Source of the DNA: Candidatus Brennerbacteria bacterium RIFOXYC1_FULL_41_11
GTDB taxonomy: Bacteria > Patescibacteriota > Minisyncoccia > UBA6257 > Brennerbacteraceae
Direction: 5' to 3'
Length of the DNA: 63,412 nucleotides
Assembly (NCBI GenBank): GCA_001817215.1
Contig: MHHX01000012.1
Coordinates: forward strand, 4,843-68,254
Both the position numbers and the translations under genes were made by a program. This document shows, piece after piece, positions 18,059 through 25,973 of the stretch. Positions within the stretch are counted from its first letter, which is position 1, and each line of letters opens with the position of its first letter. Under the pieces are notes generated by a model. The model worked only from the letters and a program-made list of their open reading frames with translations. It ran no database searches and was not told where the DNA came from.

Positions 18059-18892
18059 ATGTTCAAGATTGTTTTTCCGATAATTTTATTTTTTGTTTTT
18101 ACTAATACAGGTTTCGTTCGTGCCGTAATTGTCTTACAGGGCAATCCAGTGCTTTTGAATATTAACGAAATAGATGATGTTTCAGATGTGAAAACAGTGA
18201 ATTTCAATAATAAACCTGTACCAATTTTTGCGTATAACAAAAAGTTAATATCTTTAGTCGGCATAGATCTGAATCAGAAACCAGGCGGTTACGGTTTTGT
18301 TTATGAACTTCAAAATGGCGATGTTTATGCCAGATTAATCCGGGTCCAGGCACGGCAAAAACCGCAGGAAGAGATTGGCATTCCGCAAAAACTTGGTGGC
18401 AATACAGAGCAAGCGCAGACAGCTTTGGTCAGTAATCTTAGTTCTGAAAACAGTGTTTTGGCGAATCTTTATACTGGTTTCAAAAATTTCTGGTCAGAAC
18501 CATTTCAGTATCCGATCCAAAATTCGACTATTACAGGAGAGTACGGCTATATTCGTGAAACTGGAGACTATTTCATTAATCACAAGGGCGTTGATTTTAG
18601 GGCTCGAGAAGGAACTTCGGTCAAATCAATGAACAGGGGAGTGGTGCGTTTGGTAAAAGATTTTACTGTTTACGGAAAAACAGTTGTGATTGATCATGGT
18701 TTGGGCGCGATGAGCATGTACATGCATTTATCAAAAGCAATTGTTAATCAGGGCGAGCTAGTTTTGGCAGGCCAAGTAATCGGCCTATCCGGAAGCACTG
18801 GCTATGCGGAAAATCCCCACCTGCACCTGAGTGTGCGAATTGATAATGTTTCTGTTGATCCGATTGAGTTTTTGAGATTGTTTAGTTCGTAA
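18059..18892 (+). CDS. M23 family metallopeptidase (LytM-like)
   Basis: Signal/TM N-terminus. M23 motifs HKGVDFRA (HxxxD) and PHLHLSV (HxH). Confidence 0.85.
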   Translation: MFKIVFPIILFFVFTNTGFVRAVIVLQGNPVLLNINEIDDVSDVKTVNFNNKPVPIFAYNKKLISLVGIDLNQKPGGYGFVYELQNGDVYARLIRVQARQKPQEEIGIPQKLGGNTEQAQTALVSNLSSENSVLANLYTGFKNFWSEPFQYPIQNSTITGEYGYIRETGDYFINHKGVDFRAREGTSVKSMNRGVVRLVKDFTVYGKTVVIDHGLGAMSMYMHLSKAIVNQGELVLAGQVIGLSGSTGYAENPHLHLSVRIDNVSVDPIEFLRLFSS

Positions 18893-18893
18893 A

Positions 18894-18927
18894 GCTATTC
18901 TCAAATTCTTAAGAATTTGAGAATAGC
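18894..18927. repeat. Palindromic element, perfect 34-nt copy (GCTATTCTCAAATTCTT|AAGAATTTGAGAATAGC)
   Basis: Begins 2 nt after the M23 stop codon. Its 32-nt core is identical to 38036-38067. Confidence 0.8.
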
Positions 18928-19002
18928 TTGGAAAACAAGAAAGTTTCAGTAATTAAAATCGCTCCGCCATAGCGGAACGATTTCTTTTTATCTGCTCAAT
19001 TT

Positions 19003-19137
19003 TTAATCAAAGATCATGGAAAGCGCGATGATGATGGTTATCGCGCCGATGATTTTCAGGCATACTTTGCCAAAAGCCCCCGAATATCCGTTCTTTCTTT
19101 TTCCGTATCTTGTGTCTGTTTTTATAGCTGAAGACAT
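19003..19137 (-). CDS. Possible 44-aa tail-anchored membrane peptide
   Basis: ATG is preceded by CAAAGGAGTGCAAA. Sequence is MSSAIKTDTRYGKRKNGYSGAFGKVCLKIIGAITIIIALSMIFD. Below the ORF-track cutoff. Confidence 0.4.
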   Translation of the reverse strand: MSSAIKTDTRYGKRKNGYSGAFGKVCLKIIGAITIIIALSMIFD

Positions 19138-19248
19138 TTTGCACTCCTTTGTTGAATAAGATTTTGGAAGTTCTGAAAAATCATAAACCTGATTTATCGT
19201 TTTGTCAAAATCTAGTGTTGGGCCGAGACCAACACTAGATTTGCATGA

Positions 19249-19842
19249 TTACTCTGGCAGATCTTTTGCGAACTTCTCCCAGAGCGGCTGGAAGTCTTCA
19301 GCGAATACGGCGAGCAAGATTTCGTCAACCCAGTCAAATTCATGGCGGTGTTGACGGATCAAACGTCCTTCTTCACGGAATCCGCATTTTTTCTGGTAGG
19401 CAATGCTTCGTTCATTGAACGCGTACACCGAAGAACAGACTTTGCGTAGGTTCAGAGTGGTGAAAGCGTAGTAGAGTGAAAGCATTGTTGCTTCGGTGCC
19501 GACGCCAGTTCCCCAGAGATCTTTCCTGCCGATCAAGATGCCGCCGACTGCCGTGCCCTGGCGATGATCAATGTTTCGCGTGCTCGTGACGCCAATCATT
19601 TCATCCCCTTCTCGGAGCACTATGGCGAAACTTAGGCTTGTGTCTTTTTTCTTTCCCATGCTATCAAGCTACTCTTTTTCATCTTGTGGTGATTGAGGCA
19701 AGTGGATTGAAACGAATTCGCGGATTTTGGGGTCATTGATCCAGACCACGCATTTTGGCAGGTCTTCTTCAAGTACTGACCGCAGATACAGTTCCTTGCC
19801 CACAAGGAACCTGATTGGTTGTGCAGTTGTTTGGGTGTTCAT
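19249..19842 (-). pseudogene. RimJ/RimL-type GNAT N-acetyltransferase interrupted by one in-frame TAG
   Basis: Track ORFs 19669-19872 and 19249-19659 are in the same frame, separated by TAG (19669-19671) plus 3 codons. Joined, they give a complete GNAT (LR...EDLP..V.W.NDP ... IG ... WGTGVGTEA ... N.RS....KCGF.EEG). Start at 19842 follows GGAGG. Confidence 0.6.
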
Positions 19843-19843
19843 T

Positions 19844-20032
19844 TTAACCTCCGAAAGCTGAAACGAACGCAAAGAAAAACAGGATAGACGCGGTCATGAT
19901 CGAGCCGACAAAAATCATGGCTCGGCCGATCTGTTTGTTGAGCAGGACTCGCGCTTTTTGATGAATATAGCGACCGACAGTCATTAGCAGTAGGCCGGAT
20001 AGTAATACGGCCAAGTAGGGTAATGCTTCCAT
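19844..20032 (-). CDS. Hypothetical 2-TM membrane peptide (62 aa)
   Basis: ATG is preceded by AAAAGGAGAAAAA. It ends 1 nt before the GNAT start. Confidence 0.5.
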   Translation of the reverse strand: MEALPYLAVLLSGLLLMTVGRYIHQKARVLLNKQIGRAMIFVGSIMTASILFFFAFVSAFGG

Positions 20033-20363
20033 TTTTTCTCCTTTTGATTGTGAAAGAACTGACGTCCCGTAGATTTCCGCATACGGGGTTAACTGAAATG
20101 AAAATCTCGGCTTTTCATTCAGCCGAGATTTTCCAAATTAAGATTTTTGAAATGTTGTTAAATGAATTGATAATAAAATTTAGAATCATCACGGCTGGAT
20201 AAAAATTGCTTGGCGCAACCTAAAATACCCCCGATAAGGGCAGGGGACTGGCTTTTCTTATTCATGGTGATGAAAAATCTGTACATATTTTCGAACGGTA
20301 TTACGTAATATTTACTCTATATTGTAAAGACGTTATTATTTAAAAATCATTACAAAACGCCTC

Positions 20364-20696
20364 CTAATGAAGGAGGCGAGTTGCAGTTTGTAGAACCTCG
20401 AGGCGGCGCTTTTTGCGCTTTTGCGGTTGGGCCCAGATTGGCGCAAGATAGACAAAGCCGTTTGGCGTGTGGCGTTCGTAGACTTTGTATCGAAGACCGG
20501 TTCCTGTCGCGCTTTTGTTCAACACGCAAAGCTTTGCATAATCAGGTATTAGCCAAAGATTATGGGGTTTGCCGCTAGAGTCATTGCAGATAACCATATC
20601 TTCATTGCCTTGCGATTCAATCAAAAACGTAGCCACTTTTTGGTTAGTCCAGTCGTCAAGCGGTTCTACAAGCCATTGGGTAATGGTTTTCGCCAT
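20364..20696 (-). CDS. Hypothetical protein (110 aa), G+C-rich cassette C
   Basis: SD is GAAAGGAGTATTTCT-ATG. The terminator hairpin CGCCUCC-N6-GGAGGCG overlaps the stop codon. Basic C-terminal tail. No family recognised. Confidence 0.55.
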   Translation of the reverse strand: MAKTITQWLVEPLDDWTNQKVATFLIESQGNEDMVICNDSSGKPHNLWLIPDYAKLCVLNKSATGTGLRYKVYERHTPNGFVYLAPIWAQPQKRKKRRLEVLQTATRLLH

Positions 20697-20747
20697 AGAA
20701 ATACTCCTTTCACTGGCTTGCTGATTAAAGTATAGCTCTTTTTGAAA

Positions 20748-21728
20748 TTATTTTTTAGTGGATGAGATCTTTTCTGATTTTATCTGATTTAGGATCTCTT
20801 TAACTTTTTGCAGAGTTTCGGGATGAATAATGGAAAGAGGGTGCGCGTCAGGATTTATTCCTTTTAATTGTTTTATTTTTTCCCGAATGTCTTTTTCAGT
20901 TACACTGTCACATTTGCTTAAAAAAACATATTCTTTTTTTTCGAGTAACGACGGATTGTATTTTTCAAGTTCTTGGCGAATAGTTTTGTAATCTTTTGCC
21001 GGGTTTATGGAGTCGGCGGCTATTAAATGGAACAGTATTTTTGTTCTTTCGACATGACGCAAGAACTTGATGCCTAAACCCTTGCCAGAAGCAGCGCCTT
21101 CGATTAATCCCGGGATATCGGCCAGGATTAACTCGTAATAAACTCCCAAGTTCGGCTCGAGAGTCGTAAAGGGGTAGTCAGCGACTCTGCTTTTGGCGTT
21201 TGTTAATTCATTCAGAAGACTTGATTTGCCCGCATTCGGCAGTCCGATTAAGCCAATATCAGCCACTAATTTCAGTTCCAAATGCAGATCAAATGCTTGT
21301 CCTAATGTTCCTTTTTCGAATTCTTTTGGCGTGGTGTTGGTTGGTGAACGAAAATTATAGTTGCCTTTACCGCCACGGCCGCCTCTGGCAATGAGAATTC
21401 TTTCGTTGAGATTAAGAATCTCAACATCCTTACTGGTGGTCAGGTTATGGATAACAGTTCCGACCGGAACTTTTAAAGTGACGTCATCGCTGTCGTTGCC
21501 GTTTCTTGACTGTCCGTGGCCCATTTCGCCGTTTTCAGTTTTTATCAATTTCTTAAATCTGAATTGATTGAGCGCAGTGATATCAACAATGCCTTCGACA
21601 AAGATGCTGCCGGCATTACCGCCGTTTCCGCCGACAGGTCCGAGGCTCATCAAGTTTTTATTGAAAGCAACCGCGCCGTCGCCGCCGTTTCCGGCTTTTA
21701 TTTTTATTTTTATATCATCAACAATCAT
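20748..21728 (-). CDS. obg: GTPase Obg/CgtA
   Basis: Glycine-rich Obg fold (KAGNGGDGAVAF, GGNGGNAG, GGRGGKGN) plus G1 GLPNAGKSS and G3 DIPG. Confidence 0.95.
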   Translation of the reverse strand: MIVDDIKIKIKAGNGGDGAVAFNKNLMSLGPVGGNGGNAGSIFVEGIVDITALNQFRFKKLIKTENGEMGHGQSRNGNDSDDVTLKVPVGTVIHNLTTSKDVEILNLNERILIARGGRGGKGNYNFRSPTNTTPKEFEKGTLGQAFDLHLELKLVADIGLIGLPNAGKSSLLNELTNAKSRVADYPFTTLEPNLGVYYELILADIPGLIEGAASGKGLGIKFLRHVERTKILFHLIAADSINPAKDYKTIRQELEKYNPSLLEKKEYVFLSKCDSVTEKDIREKIKQLKGINPDAHPLSIIHPETLQKVKEILNQIKSEKISSTKK

Positions 21729-21824
21729 TTTGTCTTAACTATAGCAGATTAATCTATAAATTGTTTCAGAAATAGAATTTTTGAAAATCAAAAGACCGCA
21801 TGGTGCGTGCGGTCTTTTTTAGTT

Positions 21825-22034
21825 TTACAGTAGGGACAGAATGGTAGTGCCAACTATCCCAATAGCCCAGGCGGTCAGGCCGATGAAAAACATCCAGAGA
21901 GCAACGATTTCCCGCTTGGTTTTCGGTTTCTTTTTGACGGCATAATATACCCCGATATTGTTGGGGTATAAGATTCCTCCCATGAAGACAAAGATAATCC
22001 CTCCCAGTATCATGGCAGAGACTGTTATGTCCAT
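21825..22034 (-). CDS. Hypothetical 2-TM membrane peptide (69 aa)
   Basis: SD is GAAAGGAGAATAACCA-ATG. Terminator AAAAGACCGCAuggugcgUGCGGUCUUUUUU lies at about 21789-21820. Confidence 0.55.
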   Translation of the reverse strand: MDITVSAMILGGIIFVFMGGILYPNNIGVYYAVKKKPKTKREIVALWMFFIGLTAWAIGIVGTTILSLL

Positions 22035-22101
22035 TGGTTATTCTCCTTTCTTGGATATCAATACGGACATTATAATTGGAATTGGACGCAGTGTAAATAC
22101 T

Positions 22102-23058
22102 TTATTTTTTTAACGGATGAAATTTTTTATGTGTATCTTGGGCATATTTATCAGAGGCGTGTACATATCTTGTGGTGGTGACTAAAGATTCGTGGCCGAG
22201 TAAAACTTGAATGGCGGCTGGGTTGGCGCCGGATTCGGCGAGGTAAGTGGCAAAGCCGTGTCTTAAAGAGTGGGCTGAGATTGGAACATTAATGCCGAGA
22301 ATTTCGCGATACTTTTTTATTTTTTCTTGGAAATAATTTGTCGAAATATATTTATTTTTCTTTTCAGAATTTCTGCCGCGGTAGGGGATAAACATTGCCG
22401 GGAGATTGTCTTGCCTTGTCGCCAGATATTCTTTTAAGAAATTATAAGCTCGGTCGGTTAAATAAACAAATCTTTCTTTTTTACCCTTGCCCATGATGAA
22501 GATTTTGCCGTCAGTACCAACCTGAGCTTTATTAAGTTTTGTGAGCTCGGAGATTCTCATGCCGGTGGAAAACAAAACTTCGAGCATGGCTCGGTTTCTC
22601 TTGGCGATTTTTTTGTCTTTTTCCAAAGTTGTTGGCGCTTCAATAAGCTTTATTAACTGATTCATTTCCGCGACTTTTGGATGTTTTTTCTCGGTCCTGA
22701 CCAGCTTGATGTTTTCCGGCAAGATTGACGGTTTTTGATCCATCTCAATCAAGAAACGCAGGTAAGTGCGCAGAGTGGATAAAACTCTGTTTATCGAAAA
22801 ACTAGCCAGTTTTTTATGTGGCGTGGCTCCTGAGGCGGTTTTTCGGTCAATCGAATTCAAATAGGCCTTGAAAAGCTCTAAATCAGGCTTTTTCAGGCTC
22901 TTAAAATCCCTGCCAAGATCATTAAGAAAACCCTCGAAAACCATTAAATCTTGCTCATAATTATAGATAGTTTCTTGGGAGTAGTTGTTAGACTGGCGGG
23001 AGAGCAAGAACTCCTCAGTTTGGGGCAAAGAATGGGTTTTTCTAGGGCTGGTGATCAT
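22102..23058 (-). CDS. Tyrosine recombinase (XerC/XerD family integrase)
   Basis: N-terminal SAM-like domain. Catalytic region has R...HSLRHGFAT...LLGH...TTRYVH (R-H-R-H-Y). Confidence 0.85.
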   Translation of the reverse strand: MITSPRKTHSLPQTEEFLLSRQSNNYSQETIYNYEQDLMVFEGFLNDLGRDFKSLKKPDLELFKAYLNSIDRKTASGATPHKKLASFSINRVLSTLRTYLRFLIEMDQKPSILPENIKLVRTEKKHPKVAEMNQLIKLIEAPTTLEKDKKIAKRNRAMLEVLFSTGMRISELTKLNKAQVGTDGKIFIMGKGKKERFVYLTDRAYNFLKEYLATRQDNLPAMFIPYRGRNSEKKNKYISTNYFQEKIKKYREILGINVPISAHSLRHGFATYLAESGANPAAIQVLLGHESLVTTTRYVHASDKYAQDTHKKFHPLKK

Positions 23059-23206
23059 GGCTCTTAGGTGAGTGGTTATTCGTTAATAATATATTATAAA
23101 TCGAGCATTTGGGATATTATACTCACTTTATCATGTGGAATATATTGTGTCAATCCCGTAAATACACGTGGCAAGGAGGTTAAAAAACCAGTCCCCTGTG
23201 GTATGA

Positions 23207-23590
23207 TCACCGGTTTTTCAAATATTCTTTTATTCTTTCTTGATTTTCGTTTATTTTTTCGCCTTTAAAATAGATCTCAATGAACTCAACTTTGAACTTA
23301 TCATTATCAAAGGCATAAATGATTCGTATTCCGCTTTTCGCGCCCCTGCCCTTTAGGGATTTGCAGGCAATTTTTTTAATCTTATAAATTTGCACAGTTT
23401 CAGTGCAAAACCCAGGAATTGGGAAAACGCTTTGATTATCTATGCGTTTGGCATGGTAAAGTTCTATGGCGTTGCGTTTAGCAATCCCTAAATCTTCTTC
23501 GAGAGTCTTGTATTTTTTGCAAAGCTGTTTTAGGTCTTTGCGAAAGGAATCAACTTCATTATATTCAATGATTTTTGTCTGCTTCGTCAT
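23207..23590 (-). CDS. RelE/ParE-superfamily-like toxin (127 aa)
   Basis: Pattern F.KDLK.L.KK ... KGRGAKSGIRIIYAF....V.FIEIY.KGEK.N resembles RelE/HigB-type addiction toxins. It overlaps the upstream antitoxin gene by 26 nt. Confidence 0.6.
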   Translation of the reverse strand: MTKQTKIIEYNEVDSFRKDLKQLCKKYKTLEEDLGIAKRNAIELYHAKRIDNQSVFPIPGFCTETVQIYKIKKIACKSLKGRGAKSGIRIIYAFDNDKFKVEFIEIYFKGEKINENQERIKEYLKNR

Positions 23591-24362
23591 ATTCCCTTAT
23601 CGATGTTGTGGGAGTGCGGTAGAATACTGATTCGTACTCAAGTGGCTTGCCGTTTTCTGCACTGATCCACGGAACGTCTTCGTGCGATAAATCTGAAAGT
23701 TTGCTTGCCGTTAAGTTAGCAAAACGTTGTAGCTCCGAATCAATATGATCTTTTTCTTGACCGTTTAAGATACTTAAATCTGGATCAATCTGCGGGTTTA
23801 TCAAGTACTTTGTCTGCGGATATTGATAGAATTTGCTTTTTATGATTTCAATCTCTTCTCTTATCATCATATCGCTGATGAGTTTTTCAAATAATAGTGG
23901 TGTCGGACCATGATGATTTTTTAGATAAACAAGACCCATTAACTGTTCTTCATACTTTTCGTAATAATCAAAATCGATAAAATAAAGTAATTTGTATAAA
24001 ACAGTCATGCCGACATTAGGTTGCCCACCAACCTTTTTCAAAATATAAAGCAAAACTTGATGAAATTTGTCTATTTTTTCTTGGGGAATGCTAATTCTAA
24101 CTTCCTTCTCGCTGTTTTTTGAGCCTCTTTTTTTATTTTCTTTTATATCAATGATTGTTTTTGCGTTTTCTTTGGCATGCAAAAAATTATCAACAGAAAT
24201 TCCGAAAATATCCGCAAGTTTTTTTGCTTCGGAAACGGACAACTCTCGTTTTCCTTGTTCTATCTGTATGTAGGTTGGCCGAGAAATTTTTAATTCTGAT
24301 GCCAAGAATTTCTGAGTCAGGCTACATTTCTGTCTCTGATGTTGGATAAATTCTGCAAGCAT
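23565..24362 (-). CDS. HTH-XRE + DUF4065/Panacea-domain antitoxin (PanA-like)
   Basis: N-terminal Cro/C1 HTH (LTQKFLASELKISRPTYIQIEQGKRELSVSEAKKLADIFG). The C-terminal region (VLYKLLYFIDFDYYEKYEEQLMGLVYLKNHHGP) matches the SocA/GepA Panacea fold. Start is set at 24362 because a TTGACA-17-TAAGAT promoter covers the upstream ATGs. Confidence 0.65.
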   Translation of the reverse strand: MLAEFIQHQRQKCSLTQKFLASELKISRPTYIQIEQGKRELSVSEAKKLADIFGISVDNFLHAKENAKTIIDIKENKKRGSKNSEKEVRISIPQEKIDKFHQVLLYILKKVGGQPNVGMTVLYKLLYFIDFDYYEKYEEQLMGLVYLKNHHGPTPLLFEKLISDMMIREEIEIIKSKFYQYPQTKYLINPQIDPDLSILNGQEKDHIDSELQRFANLTASKLSDLSHEDVPWISAENGKPLEYESVFYRTPTTSIREYDEADKNH

Positions 24363-24381
24363 GATTATTTTACTTATTCTC

Positions 24382-24424
24382 ATCTTACATGATGTCGGAT
24401 TATTTGTCAATTGTAGTGTCGGAT
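24382..24424 (-). promoter_or_regulatory. TA-operon promoter flanked by direct ATCCGACA repeats (candidate operator)
   Basis: Minus strand reads TGATCCGACAC-tacaa-TTGACA-aa-TAATCCGACATC-atg-TAAGAT. The 8-nt repeats are at 24393-24400 and 24417-24424. Confidence 0.45.
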
Positions 24425-24454
24425 CATTTTACATTCTATAAGGTGTCTTATTCT

Positions 24455-25966
24455 TTATATTCCGAAGGATTTTTGGTGTTTTGATGGATCTATTTCGATT
24501 TTTTTTGCCTCTTTGTGGTAGGTTTCAGCGGGAAACGGTAAGACGGGCTTTTTGTTATCCAAGAGATCCTTGATAGTTAGTATTTGAATTTTTGGAAATT
24601 CAAAATTCATAAACTCAACCTTGAATTTTCCGGCATCGATAACTTCTTGGATCATCGGTTTACTTGGCTCCTCTAGGGTGATAAACAATCCGCCCTCGGC
24701 GCGTTCGCGTTCAACGTCGCCTTTTAACGTGGCGATGTCGTTTCTTTGAACGCCTCCGCTTTTGACCTGAACCAAGATTTTTCCGTAAACTTTTTTGTCT
24801 TTTTGAATATCTTTCACGAAATTTATCACGCCGTCGATTCCTTTGTCTGCTCCGCGCATGTTTTCTTTACTTTTGCTTTGCGCAGGAATGGCATTTACCA
24901 AGTCTAATGCCCAATATTCAAACTCGAATCGATCTTTTTCAGCCAGGGCTTTTGCCGAGGCAATGTCTTTGGGCCTGCCGTCAATGAAAATTTCGATTCC
25001 CCTTTCTTCAAATTGATCTGCTAGCCTATGCCGAATCAAGTTTATTGCCAACATCGCGATATCAATCCCTATCCAGTTTCGGTTCAATTTTTCTGCTACG
25101 GAAACAGTTGTACCGCAACCGCAAAATGGATCTAACACCCAATCTCCTTCTTTTGAACTGGCTTTGATTATTCTTTCCAATAAAGCTTCTGGTTTTTGAG
25201 TTGGATAGCCCAATATTTCGCTAGAAGTAGATGCTTGTTGAAAAGACATAATATCTTCCCATACATCGCTGATCATTCTGCCAGGAGTTTCGTCAAGGTA
25301 TTGAATTCTGCCACCAGATCTATCATCTCTGTACTTCCTTCCCGTACTATCAATTTTTTTAAAACGGACGATATATTCTGATTTATGCGGTAGATATTGT
25401 TTAGAAAAATAGAAATTATCACTTTTTGAATAGAAAAGTATTGTATCGTGTCCCCTGATCCAATTATTAGCCTGTGATTTAAACCCAGAAACTGTCTCTA
25501 AAGACCAAATTATTTCCTTTTGAAAGTTATTTTTTCCGAAAACAGTATCCAAAACGATTTTTAAATAATGACTTGCAGTTGGATCACAGTGTAAATAAAT
25601 TGAGCCAGTACTTTTTAAAACCCGATGGAGTTCAATTAAGCGTACAGTCATCATTGTCAAATACGCCAACATATCGTTGTGGCCGACAAGTTTTTCCAAT
25701 GCCAGCATCAAATTAGCAACCTTTTCATTGGTTTTTGTGACTAAATAATCAAAAGTATCTCTGGCTTCTTGAGTCCAGTGCCACGAATCTTCAAAAGCGT
25801 GGACTTGTGCCGGACTGTCTTGCAACCCTTCTTTGAAGATAACGTTGTAGTTCCTGTTTGAATTGAACGGCGGATCAAGATAAATCAGATCAAAAGCTCC
25901 ATCTGGTATCTTTTCTCTCAGGATTTCCAGATTGTCGCCGAAAAAAAGAGTTCGATTTTTGAACAT
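24455..25966 (-). CDS. Beta-class N6A/N4C DNA methyltransferase fused to a C-terminal Mrr-like (PD-(D/E)XK) domain
   Basis: DPPF (motif IV) precedes FCGCGTT (motif I), the N6_N4_Mtase order. The C-terminal ~170 aa carry GADKGIDG...ILVQVKSG...GLFIT, like the Mrr catalytic domain. Confidence 0.8.
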   Translation of the reverse strand: MFKNRTLFFGDNLEILREKIPDGAFDLIYLDPPFNSNRNYNVIFKEGLQDSPAQVHAFEDSWHWTQEARDTFDYLVTKTNEKVANLMLALEKLVGHNDMLAYLTMMTVRLIELHRVLKSTGSIYLHCDPTASHYLKIVLDTVFGKNNFQKEIIWSLETVSGFKSQANNWIRGHDTILFYSKSDNFYFSKQYLPHKSEYIVRFKKIDSTGRKYRDDRSGGRIQYLDETPGRMISDVWEDIMSFQQASTSSEILGYPTQKPEALLERIIKASSKEGDWVLDPFCGCGTTVSVAEKLNRNWIGIDIAMLAINLIRHRLADQFEERGIEIFIDGRPKDIASAKALAEKDRFEFEYWALDLVNAIPAQSKSKENMRGADKGIDGVINFVKDIQKDKKVYGKILVQVKSGGVQRNDIATLKGDVERERAEGGLFITLEEPSKPMIQEVIDAGKFKVEFMNFEFPKIQILTIKDLLDNKKPVLPFPAETYHKEAKKIEIDPSKHQKSFGI

Positions 25967-25973
25967 ATGTTTA

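Noticed and set aside
19669-19671. Alternative genetic code (TAG read as sense)
   Set aside because: This is the only case seen. All other recognised genes end cleanly with TAA, TAG or TGA at the expected lengths under the standard bacterial code.
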